Source: Hemiscyllium ocellatum (lineage: Eukaryota). From it: a DNA stretch of 64,000 nt. How positions within the stretch are numbered: the stretch's first letter is position 1; the number at the start of each line of letters is the position of its first letter. Where the stretch lies: the NCBI RefSeq assembly GCF_020745735.1, contig NC_083430.1, positions 34,214,909-34,278,908 on the forward strand, read 5' to 3'. Positions 50,745 to 64,000 of the stretch are shown one piece after another. Position numbers and translations under genes: made by a program. The notes beneath the pieces are model-generated. The model did no database searches. It worked only from the letters and a program-made list of their open reading frames with translations, and had not been told where the DNA came from.

Positions 50745-53290
50745 GACACACATGGGGACAGTAGACCATTCTGCCCTTCGAGCCTGCACCACCATTCAAT
50801 ATGATCATGGCTGGTCATCCTTAATCAGTATCCTGTTCCTGCCTTATCTCCATAACCCTTGATTCCATTATCCTTGAGAGCCCTATCCAACTCTTTCTTA
50901 AATGAATCCAGAGACTAGGCGTCCACTGCCCTCTGGGGCAGAGCATTCCACACAGCCACCACTCTCTGGGTGAAGAAGTTTCTCCTCATCTCTGTCCTAA
51001 ATGGTCTACCCCATATTTTTAAGCTGAGCCCTCTGGTTCGGCACTCACCCATCAGCGGAAACATGTTCTTGCCTTCAGAGTGTCCAATCCTTTAATAATC
51101 TTATATGTCTCAATCAGATCCCCCCTCAGTCTTCTAAACTCAAGGGTATGCAAGCCCAGTTGCTCCAGTCTTTCAGCGTAAGGTAATCCCACCAATCCAG
51201 GAATTGACCTTGTGAACCTACGCTGCACTCCTTCAATAGCCAGAATGTCCTTCCTCAAATTTGGAGACTAGAACTGCACACAGTACTCCAGGTGTGGTCT
51301 CACCACGGCCCTGTACAGCTGCAGAAGCACCTCTTTGCTTCTATACCCAATCCCTCTTGTTATGAAGGCCAGCATGCTATTAGCCTTCTTCACTACCTGC
51401 TGTACCTCCATGCTTACCTTCTTTGACTGGTGTACAAGAACACCCAGATCTCTTTGTACTGCCCCTTTACCTAAATTGATTCCATTTAGGTAGTAATCTG
51501 TCTTCCTGTTCTTGCCACCAATGTGGATAACCATACATTTATCCACATTAAACTGCATCTGACCACTCACCTAATCTGTCCAGGTCACCCTGTAATCTCC
51601 TAACATCCTCCTCACAGTTCACCCTGCCACCCAGCTTAATACCATCAGCAAATTTGCTAATGTTATTACTAATACCATCTTCTATTTCATTAATATATAT
51701 TGTAAAAAAGCTGCGGCTCCAGCACTGATCCCTGCGGTACCCCACTGGCCACTGCCTGCCATTCCAAAATGGAGCCGCTTATCACTAGTCTTTGTTTCCT
51801 GTCAGCCAATCAACTTTCAAGTTAGTACTTTGCCCCCAATACCATGCATCCTAATTTTGCTCACTAACCTCCTATGTGGGACTTTATCAAAAGCTTTCTG
51901 AAAGTCCAGGTACACTACATCTACTGGATCTCCCCGTCCATCTTCAGAGTTACATGCTCAAAAAATTCCAGATTAGTCAAGCATAATTTCCCCTTCATAA
52001 ATCCATGCTGACTCTGACCTATCCTATTACTACTATCCAGATGTGTCATAATTTCATCCTTTATAATAGACTCCAGCATCTTTCCCACCATTGAGGTCAG
52101 ACTAACTGGTCTATAATTTCCTGCTTTCTCTCTCCCACCTTTCTTAAAAGTGGTACAACATTAGCCACCCTCCAATCCGCAGGAACTGATCCCGAATCTA
52201 TCGAACTCTGGAAAATAATCACCAATGCATCCATGATTTCTCGAGCCACCTCCTTCAGTACCCTGGGATGTAGATCTTCAGGCCCTGGGAACTTATCAAC
52301 CTTCAGACTTAACAGTCTCTCCAACACCAATTCCTGGCAAATATAAATTCTCTTAAGTTCAGGTCCTTCAGCCACTGTTACCTCAGGGAGATTGCTTGTG
52401 TCTTCCCCAGTGAACACAGATCTGAAGTACCAATTCAATTCTTCTGCCATCTCTTTGTTCCCCATAATACATTCCCCTGTTTCTGTCTTCAAGGGCTCAA
52501 CTGTAGTCTTAACCTTTTTTTTGCCTTTCACATACCTAAAAAAGCTTTTACTATCCTCCTTTATATTTTTGGCCAGTTTACCTTCGTACCTCATTTTTTT
52601 CTCTGCATATTTCCTTCTTAGTAATCCTCTTCTTTAAAAGCTCCCCAGTTCTCTGTTTTCCCATTTATCTTTGCTATGTTATACTTTTTCTCTTTTAACT
52701 TTATATGTTTCTTAAATTCCCTCGTCAACCACGGCCACTCATGCCTCCTCCTAGGATCTGTCTTCCTTTTTGGAATGAAATGATCCTGCATCTTCTGCAT
52801 TATACACAGAAATATCTGCCATTGTTCCTTCACTGTCATCCCTGCTAAGGTATTGCACCATTGAACTTTGGCCAGCCCCTCCCTTATAGCTCCATAATTC
52901 CCTTTATTCAACTGAAATATTGTCACTTCCGATTGTTCCCTCTCAAATTGCAGATTGAAGCTTATTATGGTCATGACTTCCCAATGGCTCCTTCACTTCA
53001 AGGTTCCTGATCAATTCTGGTTCGTTGCACAATAGCAAATCCAGAATTGCCTTCTCCCTGGTAGGCTCTGAGAATCCATCTCAGAGGCACTCCACAAAGT
53101 CTCTTTCTTGAAGTCCAATATCATTCTGATTCTCCCAGTCTATCTGCATGTTGAAATCTCCCATAACAACTGTAGTAACAACTTTGCGACAGGCTAATTT
53201 CAGCTCCTGATTCAACTTACATCCGACATCCAGACTACTGTTCGGGGGGCTGTAGATAACTCCCAAGAGGGTCTTTTTACCCTTAGAATT
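50745..53290 (-). mobile_element. CR1 LINE ORF2 remnant (EN and RT)
   Basis: GVIYSPPNS..VVMGDFNM, DKFPGPEDLHPRVLKE, KFADGIKLG, RPHLEYCVQF. Confidence 0.92.
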
Positions 53291-54424
53291 TCTGCTGTCT
53301 GTTCTGGCTCCAAGACAGATGCCTCCCTAGGCGGTGGGATGAGCACGGTGAAAGGAATGGTGGCTGAGGAATCTGACTCTGCGGGCTGAACTGTCCATCA
53401 CTGTCTCTATGTCCAAGCTCGGTGACCATCCTGCGACTTGTGTTGCCACCCCCCACCCCCCACACCCCAGTTACGAGCACAGTCGTAACTGTTGGATCAA
53501 TTACATGGCTAAGTAGTACTGCTCCTCTTAAAAAGTTGCCACAGACACAATGGGCAAATGACTTTCTGTTCTCAATCATTCTTAGATCTCTGACCATGCA
53601 AATTATCTATAGAATGAATAGATTAACGATATTTATACCTTTTCACTTAACTCTTTATTTTCAAGAACTGTGGATGTTGCAAATCTGAAACAAAACAGAA
53701 ATTGCCGGAGAAACTCAGCAGGTTTTGCAGCATCTGTGGAGAGAGAAGGAAAGTTCATGTTTCGGGTCCACAGACTCCTCTTCATTCAGTTTTGAGAGAA
53801 AAAAAATCTGTTCTTAATTTTCCATTTTTTTCATGTAGTACCATTGCAGACCTGCAGATGGTGATGCTGCATTATTTAAAACATTTTATTAGCAACATTT
53901 CATCTACTGGAAAATAAAAGGCAAGGAGCGTTTTAATGTCTCGTATGAGACAACTTTGCAATGAAAACTAGGCAAAGCTGAAAGACCTAAGAAGATCAGG
54001 CATTGTTTTTGGAGGTAAAAAAACACGTTAACCTTACAAGTCAATGACCCTTCAGAACCGGAATATGGTAAAGGTGTAAGAGCTATTAATTCTTATTAAT
54101 CCGAAAAAAGGACAGAATAGTCTGAGGTTGATTTGAGAATGGAAGGCAGGAAAAATTAAATGACAAAAAGGGAGATCACCCAAGGCAAAAAGGGGAGATG
54201 ACAGAACAAATGAAGATTCATATGGCAGCTGTGGTGGGAGTGTAAATGGTCACAGTGGAATCCCTGCCAGCACATACTCTGTCTGAAGGAAATGGAGCCC
54301 AATGACATTTATGGATAATGGTTTGGGGCCTTGAAAGGTTTTCTGTTGAGTGCCTCAAGCACCACCAACTATGATGATGATTGACTCTGAGAACTGCTCA
54401 GGATCTTGAAGGAGTGAGACTTAC

Positions 54425-54610
54425 TAAGATCCAATGATGTGCAGGTTAGGTGAATTGGCCATGCTAAATTGCCCAGGGATATGTTGGTTGGGTGTATTAG
54501 CCATGGAAAATGTGGGGTTACAGGGATAGTTTAGGGGTGGAATGCTCTTTGGAGAGTTGGTGTGGACTTGATGGGCCCAGTGGTCTGCTTCAGCAGTGTA
54601 GGGATTGTAT
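54425..54610 (+). mobile_element. HE1-like SINE 3' half
   Basis: GATGTGCAGGTTAGGTGAATTGGCCATGCTAAATTGCC...GTAGGGATT. Confidence 0.7.
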
Positions 54611-57600
54611 GGAAACTGTTCCAACATGGGGTAAATCCTTCTGTTAATTTAAACCTGACACACGGAGAAGCTCAGATCACACCATAATCTATTAAATTTT
54701 GAGATGCAAAGAACTGTCCCAGAGCTCACTCTGTAAAGTAAAAATTAACAAACTTATTCTTTAAGTCCAACAGAGATATTAAAACCAACAACTATTTACA
54801 ACTCCTTTCTCTTGAACCTATCTTTTACCTCCCTATGCTAAAATACTGGTCCGATTAAAAACTCTGATTAAGATTTACAGAAAAAATTGAAATTTCAACA
54901 CCAGCCAGCTGTCAAATCTTTTTGTGTCTTCCTCAGCAGATTTTCCTTTGTCATCTCTTCTTCAGTGTTCTGCTTCACAGGTCTTTCATATGAACAGGTA
55001 TCTTTCAGAGAGCTATTTGGCTAGCAGTCCATACTTAGGTTTCTTGGTGGTTCTTCCTCCAACTGTACAAAATGTCCGATTTAATACCCTGAAACATCTG
55101 ATCATTTTATTGGTTTGATGTTGTCAAAATACTAAATTCAAATTGGACTGGATTTTGGTATCTGGGGCATAATTTGAACTGGCCAAATTTGAATTTGATT
55201 TTGTATCATAGCAACACAGCTCCAGCTATTTGTTTCACCCACCGTTATACTTTGTGCCAGCCAGAAATGTCAGTTCCCTTAAATTACAATATGTGTCTAC
55301 AACTTCATAACAATACTATCTAAGTCTTCCTCATTCTCTCTGTAGAGACGTCTATCATATTAATGTAACTTGTATATATTTGTTATCATGTAATAAGTTA
55401 TATTTTGTTTATGAGTTTTTTCTTGTTGGACTAAGTGGTTTTCCTCTACCACACTGGACTGAGCAGGCCCTATAGATCCCCACCCCAAAAGAGGATGGTG
55501 GCTGCAAACTTACCAAATAGCTCATGGGACATGGTAAACAGTGGTATGGATTCATCTTACAATCCAATGACAAGCAATGCAATTTCAATAAGCTGCTTCC
55601 TAAAACAGTGGCGATGGTGCAGGTCTGAGGATTTTTTCAGACATAGTTTTAAGAACATTGTACATGTGGATAGTCAGCAACCAGAAGTACTGTATTGAAT
55701 ATTTATAAACCCTACAGAAGAGAATATTGTGACAAGATTCAACAAGGTAGAAATTAAAGTTGATGGTAATAAACGTTTCAGACCTAGTAAAGTAAAGCAC
55801 TGCAGCAAGAGTGAATTTGAAACTGCATTGAGCTGGAACACGAGTCACTAACTAGGTGGTTACAGATTGCACCAGGTGCTGATGGTCTGTAGAAGCAGTC
55901 TTGAGTTGAGGTTTACCTGGAAAGTCAAAAAAAGTAGAGATCCCTGATAGCCAGTGGAAAACTTTAAAAAATTATGTGGTTCAGATGCAGGAGAAGCTGG
56001 AAGTAAGAAAAGTACTTCCAGTCGAGAATGAGCAGGAAGTAAGCAGCATGAGACATGACTATAGTAGGGGAAACCAAGGGATAGAGCAGCAGTTTAAAAC
56101 AAAGCCATGGACCAGGGACAATTGCAAAACCAGAATTGAAGCGATAAAGGGGCAATTCAGAAATCTGAGCCTACACTAGTCGAGGTTGGAAGCATTTATA
56201 ACTGCACATTGCAGGACTCCTCTAGGGGAAAAAAGTTGTAAAAACCATGTTAATTATCATTGAGAGTCATAAAGAACAAACTTTTAAAGGAATGGGGTTC
56301 ATCCTAAACAGCCACTGAAGGTGGGATTCATTTGTTTAAGATGTAAGAGATTGGGATTTGTTTATTAAAGCCACAGGTGGCAGTCAGTAAGGCCTTTAAG
56401 TATATAATCATTCATTAAGATTATGATAGTGGGATTCATGTACAGAGGCCCCAACAAAGATAGTATTCTAGTACAGCAGCATCATTGCTACACTGGGCAA
56501 TTAAAAGACATTGAGGTAATGAAAACAAATCACAATGTGACACTAGAAATAATATTGCAAGGAAGTTTTAACTTCAGAGATGGGCTGACTAGAATGCAGT
56601 TGGATACCTTGGAGAAAATAATCCTCATTAATGGCATCACTAGATAACCCATTTAAGACAAAGAAAATATGAACAAATTCCTCACAAATGGTTCAGAATG
56701 TTTGGAACTTTCTTCCTCAAAGTCAGTGGAAGAGTTTTTGAACTGCTTTTGAGCAGAGCTAGTTAGATTCTTGATAAGCAAGGAATGAAAGGTTATCATG
56801 GATAAGCAGGAATGTGAAGTCATTAGATCAGCTATTATCTAATTGAATGCCAGAGTAGTTCAATAGGCCAAATTGTTTACTCCTGCTCATAATTAATATG
56901 TATATTTACCAATGTTTGTATTAGCAGAAAGATAGAAACTTAAGACTGTATTCGATAGGTTTTACTAAGGTTTTACAAATTGCAATCAGTAAGGTTTGTG
57001 AGAAAATACAAATAATCAGATGGTCAAGAGCAACATGCCCCACTTGAGCTCATTGAATTACTTCAGTTGAAGTTTCATCAAAGTGTGACACTTGGTGAAT
57101 GAATAATGACAGATAGAAATCTGATTTTAAGTACTGAGGAGATAGAAGTTCAAGAAGAATATTTAATTTCTTTATCCTTCTTTTTTTTCTAATCAACCTG
57201 TTTGTGAGATCAGGCCTGAAAGATAATTGCAAGTTGGTTGTGCACAATGAGCCCAATAGATGCAGAGAGGTTTTGTGCTCAAACAGATGGCAGATGTTTG
57301 AATAATAACATGGCTTCATAGGAAGATATACAGTCTGGCAGGAAAAGACCAGAATGTGACCTCGCTTTGGACTATTTCTGAGAGAAAGCATTTGGCTGTT
57401 GATGCTACAACATGAAGATTTGCGCACTCCCTCCCTAACCTCCCATTATAAACTATAGGAGGTTCAGAGAATAGAAATTAAATTATAAATATTATTGAGT
57501 TTCTTTTTTTCAGTGAACTTGAAAAGGTCCTACTGATCAATGTTTTCAGAAGTTCAACCAAGGAACAACCACATATGTCTCTGGACACACATCACAAACC

Positions 57601-58559
57601 CTCTTAAATAATTGGACCAGCTTTGTTTTTATTAATTTATCCCTTAATTGTGTTTGTTTGTCTTTTGTACAAGTAGGGTTGAACAAAAAGGTTGTTATGT
57701 TCAAATCATAGACAATTATTAGATTACTTCGATGTTTAGTTTTATGCTGCGAAAGTTACTTTATTGTTAATCATTTGTTACTTTTTAATATTCATTTGTG
57801 GGATGTGGGTGTTGCTGGCTGGCCAGCATTTATTGCCCGTCCCTAACCTTTTGTTTAAGCTACAAACCCAGCAACTGGAATTGATATTTATGAAGTCTGG
57901 GATTGGTTATTCAAAAAATCTGGTTAAAGATAGTTGGAGTCCATTTTGAAGGTCTTTAAAGATTTTAATGTTACTGTGCTATGACTGTAGAGGTAGGAAG
58001 GTTAATTTGATTAGGCTGTCTCTATGTTGTAACACTATTTCATTGGCCTGGCCTTCATTCTACTACTGGCCTTTCTTTTCTTCCATCTCACATATACCCT
58101 TCATTTGGTTCAAACCTACAACAATTCTAATACTCCTCAGTTCTACTGAAAGGTCACAAATCTGAAATATTAACTCTGTTCCTCTCTACATCTGCTGTCT
58201 GACTTGCTGCATATTTCCAGTACTTCTCAATTGGTAATACTCCCACTCCTGGTTTGGCAGGGAATCTGAGTCTGATTCCAGAACTTGAATGAGAATGAAA
58301 CATAAAATTTCTGACATGCTGCAATATGAAGATAATGATTAACTGTTGGAAATGCTCTCTTTTAGATGGATGTTAAACTGAGTGTTTGTCCCTATTCTCA
58401 AGTAGATGTAAAAAGATCCCATGGCATAAAGAGTAGGAACTCCAGCTCCTCTGCTCCACCTATTCTTTTTTTCTTTTTTCTCTATTTTCTGGAATTTGTT
58501 TTTTTCTCAAACTTTTAATGATAATCTTATTTGGAGGGGAATGGAGGAGGCGACTCCTG

Positions 58560-60930
58560 GACTGGAGGCCGGCATGGGAGGCAAGATCCAGACCAGGCTG
58601 GTGTGGGATGTGAGAGGTGGCTGCCAGACCAAACTGACATGAGAGGTGAGTCCCTGAGGCAAGAACCTAGACCAGGCCGCTGCGGGATGTGAGTCTCAGA
58701 TGCAAGTTCTAGACCAGGCCGACATGAGAGGCGAGACCCTGAGGCAAGTTTCAGACCAGGCCGGTGCGGGAGGTCAGTCGCAGAGGTAAGCCCCAGACCA
58801 GGCCGATATGGGAGGCGAGTCCCAGACCAGGCCAGTGTTGGAGGTGAGTGTAAGAGGTGAGTCCCGGACCTGGCCAGTGCAGAACGTGAGTCCCAGAGGC
58901 ATGTTCCAGACCAGGTCCGCGTGGGAGGTGAGTCCTAGTGGCAAGTCCCATATCAGGCCAGCGCAGGAGGCTAGTGTTAGACCAGGCCAGCACGGGAGGT
59001 GAGTCCCAGAGGCAAGACCCAGACCAGGCTGGCGTAGGAAGTGAGTCCCAGGGGCAGGCCCTAGACCAGGCCAGTATGGGAGGCAAGTCCCAGCCCAGGC
59101 CAATGCGGGAGGCGAGTCCCAGACCAGGCCTGCATGGGAAATGAGTCCCAGAGGCAAGTTCCAGAACAGGCCTGCGCAGGAGGTGAGCGCCAAAGGCGGA
59201 TCCCAGACCAAGCTGATCTGGGAGTCAAATGCCAGATAAGGCAAATGCGGGAGGTGAGTCCCAGAGGCAAGCCCCAGACCAGAATGATGCGGGAGGTGAG
59301 TTCCAGAGATGGGTCCCAGAGCAGACCAGCGTGAGAGCCGAGTGTCAGAGGCGAGTCCCAGACCAGGCCAGTACGGGAGGCGAGTGACAGACCAGGCCAG
59401 CGTGGGAGGAGAGTCCCAGGCCAGCATGGGAGCTAGTGTCAGACCAGGCCAACGCGGGAAGTGAGTGTCAGAGGCGAGTCCCAGGCCAGACCAGCGTGAG
59501 AGGCGAGTCCCAGGCCAGGCCAGGCCAGCGCAGGGTTGAGTCCCAGGCCAGGCCAGGCCAGTGCAGGAGGCTAGTGTCAGAGGCAAGTCTCAGACCAGGC
59601 CAATGTGGAAGGAGAGACCCAGAGGCAAATCCTAAACCAGGCCAGCGTGGGAGGCGAGTCTCAGACCAAGCCAGTGTGGAGGGTGAGTGCCAGACCAGGC
59701 CAGTCTGGGAGGCGAGTCCCAGACTAGGCCAGGGTGGGAGGCGAGTGCCAGACTAGGCCAGGGTGGGAGGCGAGCGCCAGACCAGGCCAGTGTGGGAGGC
59801 GAGCGCCAGACCAAGCCAGTGTGGGAGGCGAGTCTCAGACTAGGCCGGTGTGGGAGGTGAGTCTCTGACCAGGCCGGTATGGGAAGCGAGTCTCAGACCA
59901 GTCCGGTATGGGAAGCGAGTCTCAGACCAGTCCGGTGTGGGAGGGGAATCTCAGACCAGGCCGGTGTGGGAAGCGAGTCTCAGACCAGGCCGGTATGGGA
60001 AGCGAGTCTCAGACCAGTCCGGTGTGGGAGGGGAATCTCAGACCAGGCCGGTGTGGGAAGCGAGTCTCAAACCAGGCCGGTGTGGGAAGCGAGTCTCTGA
60101 CCAGGCCGGTGTAGGAGGCAAGTCTCAGACAAGGCGGTGTAGGAGGGGAGTCTCAGACCAGGCCGGTATGGGAAGCGAGTCTCAGACCAGGCCGGTGTGG
60201 GAGGGGAGTCTCAGACCAGGCCGGTGTGGGAGGGGAGTCTCAGACTAGGTGGTGTAGGAGGCGAGTTTCAGACCAGGCCGGTGTGGAAGGGGAGTCTCAG
60301 ACCAGGCGGTGTAGGAGGCGAGTTTCAGACCAGGCCGGTGTGGGAGGGGAGTCTCAGACCAGGCCGGTATGGGAGGGGAGTCTCAGACCAGGCCGGTGTA
60401 GGAGGCAAGTCTCAGACAAGGCGGTGTAGGAGGGGAGTCTCAGACCAGGCCGGTATGGGAAGCGAGTCTCAGACCAGGCCGGTGTGGGAGGGGAGTCTCA
60501 GACCAGGCCGGTGTGGGAGGGGAGTCTCAGACTAGGTGGTGTAGGAGGCGAGTTTCAGACCAGGCCGGTGTGGAAGGGGAGTCTCAGACCAGGCGGTGTA
60601 GGAGGCGAGTTTCAGACCAGGCCGGTGTGGGAGGGGAGTCTCAGACCAGGCCGGTATGGGAGGGGAGTCTCAGACCAGGCCAGTGTGGGAGGGGAGTCTC
60701 AGACCAGGCCGGTGTGGGAGGCGAATCTCAGACCAGGCGGTGTAGGAGGCGAGTCTCAGACCAGGCCGGTGTGGGAGGGGAGTCTCAGACCAGGCCGGTG
60801 TGGGAGGCGAATCTCAGAACAGGCGGTGTAGGAGGTGAGTCTCAGACCAGGCTGGTGTGGGAGGGGAGTCTCAGACCAGGCCGGCATGGAAAGTGGGTCT
60901 CAGAGGCAAGTCTTGAACCGGAGGCCGCCG
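58560..60930. repeat. ~2.4 kb GC-rich VNTR, ~28-29 bp unit GAGTCTCAGACCAGGCCGGTGTGGGAGGG
   Basis: Tandem units directly visible, degenerate on the left and homogeneous on the right; 287-bp higher-order duplication 60101-60387 / 60388-60674. Confidence 0.95.
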
Positions 60931-63673
60931 TGGGGAGGTGCGGCCCTTGTGAAATGGAGGCTATGTGCTGGCACTTACTTGGGTGAAAAAAACAATAGTT
61001 CAAGTACTTTTTTCCTTTTTTTATTCTTATGCTGGACTTTTACTTATTATTTATTGAATTTTGTACCAAATACTTAAGTATCTGTACCTCGGCATCTTGT
61101 ACCTAAGAGGGCCCAAAAGCAGTGGCATTGCAAACTTTCACTGCACTCGTGACAATAAAGATAATTCAATTTCATTCACTGATAGAGTAAGGGAGTTTTC
61201 CTCAATATCCCAGGCAACATTTATCCCTTAATCAACATTTTAAAAAGGACAGATTATCTGGTCATTGGGCTATTACTGTCAGCGGGTGCTTTCTGAGTAC
61301 CAAATGACTGTCACATTTCTAACATTACTCAGAGACCTCACTTCAGAAGTATTTCATTGGCTGTGAAACGTGGTATGCAAAAAAAATGTTCTTTTTCTTT
61401 TATGTCAAACAGTGATGATTTAGAAAAAAATCTGTTCAATGTTATATAACCAAAACCTGGGCTATGCTGTTTCCTTTACTGACAGTACAGCTTTTCTACG
61501 TTGTACAGGATGCTGCCAAATTTGTCCAATTCTGCTGCAAGTCGACTTGCGTCAAGTGCGAAACCAAATGGCAACAGGAGGGCCCAGGGCATAAAGAAGA
61601 AAGTTGTGGAATATAAGGCTCAAAGCTTAACAGCAGCATACGCCAAGCCCCTCAAACCACGACCGTTTGAGAGCAGTGGGAGCCGGGTGATTGGTGGCAG
61701 AAGTTTCCTTAGAGCTTTTCACGACTTGTTGCTGATCTCTGACTGGAGGCCATCAGAACTCCATTCGCGTTTCTGATGTGAAACTAGGTGAGTCCTTGAG
61801 GAACCTTAAGCCCGGCTGGATAACTTTGATTCTGAGTGATGGTCAATTAGTCACCTACTTTGCATTTCTCTTTTCCCCCCATTGTTTTTCATGGAAACCA
61901 TAATCAGGAAGATGTAAAATATGTGACTCATATCAATATCTATATTTCCACATCGTCGCCCACCAGCACGTCCATCCCCACCTCCCCGAACCCCAAACAC
62001 TCATGTTTAAAAGAGCACACAGACTCTGACCAAAGTTTTAAGTATTTTTATTCAGTTATCTTTTACTGTCGTTTAAAAGGTACTTGAAAATAGCTGCTAT
62101 TTTAGACTGTAAAATTCACATCCTTGCGTGCAAATTCCTCCATGATGTCTGTAACCTTCTGCCCCACACCTCTCTGGGTTCTCTCCGCTCCCTCAATTCT
62201 GGCCTCCTGCACATCATTAGCTGTCAGCATTTCTTCGTTGGCAGCCATACTTTAACTGGCTGGGCTGGAAACAATTCCTTCAAAAAAACTCTCCACACGT
62301 CTCTCTCAAGAAGCGAATTCAGACCTGTCTCTTCTATAAAGGTTCTGGTCACCTGTCCTGATGTCTCCTTTTGTAGCTTGGCAGCGAATCGTGTTTGATA
62401 ATGTTCCTGTGAAATGACTGGGTATTTTACTGTGTCACAGACGCTATATAACTGCAAGACTACAACAACACAAAAGCAAGCCAGCCATACTTCTGGTAAG
62501 ATCTGGTGATGGAAAGGGATAAAATGTAGCTGGAGAAAAATGTGACTAGCTCTTTAATCAATGCATATTATAATGTCGGAAATACATACATTAAGGAATA
62601 TCTTAACTCACTTTACAGCGATTACCTCAGGCAAATATACAGCACATAAAATATTAACCAATAAAATCCTTATTGACATTTGTTGCAGCTGTTGAACTTC
62701 AATCATTTACTTTTGTAATTGAAAAGAGAAATATAAACATTGTCTTCTATCTTCCCCTCTATTTGAATGAGATGCATTCATTATTTTATTTTTGGAGCTG
62801 AGAATAAACTCAGGGCAACAATTCCATAGTTTTCTCAACAAAAACAGAAACAGATCGACAAGAAAGGGGAAAAAACAATGAATCTGCTTACATTCCTTCA
62901 AGAAGATTTTGTTTGCAGCGACTGCATAAAAATACCTACAGAATTCAGTTCCTATAATGCATTCGCTCAGAATGGTTTGAGCCACAAACTGGAGTTTTAT
63001 AATTGTGATTTTGTAAGTGAATGGCTTTTAGTTCCTAATTTTCCCGTCAAAGGCCAGAAAATATTTAACATCGTTAGCCAGGCACGTTGAAACAATGAAT
63101 CTCTGTGGTTCACTGTGTCAAATTTTATGATGCCTTGTAAAATACCTTGGAATCGCTTATATTTAAGTTGCTACAATGCAACTTGTTATTATTTCTACAA
63201 TTAAAAATCTTTGTGCAAAGGGAAGAATGCATACAATATATGTATACAAGTGCTTGGTTTCTAATTAAAAATAATTCATAAGTCATATGTCTTTAGAGTT
63301 ACACAGCACGGAAACAGGCCCATCAGCTCAACTCGTCCACGCCCACCGGGTTTCCTAAACCGAACTAGTCCAATTTACCTGTGTTTGGCCCATACCCCTC
63401 TAAACCTGTCATATCCAAGTACTTGTCCAAATGTCTTTTAAATGTGTATGAACAATCAATTTTTTACTCCCCATTTATAAATTGAAAGCTGACAGTGTGA
63501 CTTCATGATCCGAATACCTCAGAAAAGTGAGGCAAATCAGTCGAGGTTCCTTTTTAATGCAATCATAAAGAGTTTCTTTTGTTTTAAAACTCAGTTGTGA
63601 TTTGGGTTACTTCAGTGTTCAGGTCCTGCCCCCTGGTATAGTGTGATCCCTTGCGGGGCTTGTCCACGCCTAG

Positions 63674-64000
63674 TCATACTGACTTGTTGACCATCTCGGA
63701 CGGGGTGCAGGCACAGACTGACTCCCTGTTGGACTTCCTGGCTCGCGTGAAGCTGTTCTGCTCCAGCCTTGAGCGCAAGGGTAAGCAAAACTCCCGGAAA
63801 CAACGCTTGAAGTTCTCGTCCAGGAAGGCATAGAGCACAGGGTTCAGGCAGCTGTTGGTGTAACCCAGGGCGATGCAGAAATGCCAGCTGGCCGTCACTA
63901 AAGGGCTCGGGTTGATCACCACCAGTGTCTTGACAATCACGAAGATGTGGATAGGTGTCCAGCAGATGATGAAGATGGCCACCACGACCAGCACCATCCG
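63674..64000 (-). CDS. OPRD1: Opioid receptor, TM6 to C-terminus (last exon, runs off the window); most likely delta type
   Basis: [51 protein letters not shown]. The tail SFTRAR..ACTPS matches delta (human SFSRAR..ACTPS), and RCC1 and OPRD1 are linked on human 1p35. Confidence 0.85.
   Translation of the reverse strand, partial: RMVLVVVAIFIICWTPIHIFVIVKTLVVINPSPLVTASWHFCIALGYTNSCLNPVLYAFLDENFKRCFREFCLPLRSRLEQNSFTRARKSNRESVCACTPSEMVNKSV

Noticed and set aside
54720-57780. Possible LTR-like remnants (also ~4430-4800)
   Set aside because: No paired LTRs, PBS/PPT or gag/pol peptides could be demonstrated.
58751-60986. Many overlapping ORFs up to 270 aa; superficially CRISPR-like periodicity
   Set aside because: Tandem VNTR with no unique spacers, in a eukaryotic context.

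Overview
Repeat-rich vertebrate DNA, most likely elasmobranch (shark/ray), inferred from HE1-like SINEs, CR1/HER1-like LINEs and Deu-domain SINEs. It contains: (1) two tandem U17/SNORA73 H/ACA snoRNAs (337-554, 785-996) in introns of an apparently non-coding SNHG3/U17HG-like host; (2) a G-rich minisatellite and CpG island followed by a complete 9-coding-exon RCC1 gene (+ strand, 8420-33366, 423 aa, all junctions GT-AG and in phase); (3) the 3' end of an opioid receptor, probably OPRD1, on the - strand (63674-64000). The rest is layered mobile DNA. The most striking observations are Penelope-like element termini from several families carrying hammerhead-ribozyme motifs with covarying stems (including small palindromic units with target-site duplications), a histone H3 fragment captured inside a CR1 LINE, a ~1.3 kb intronic palindrome, and a VNTR-carrying retroposon-like insertion reminiscent of primate SVA. 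Everything was read by eye; repeat boundaries are approximate.
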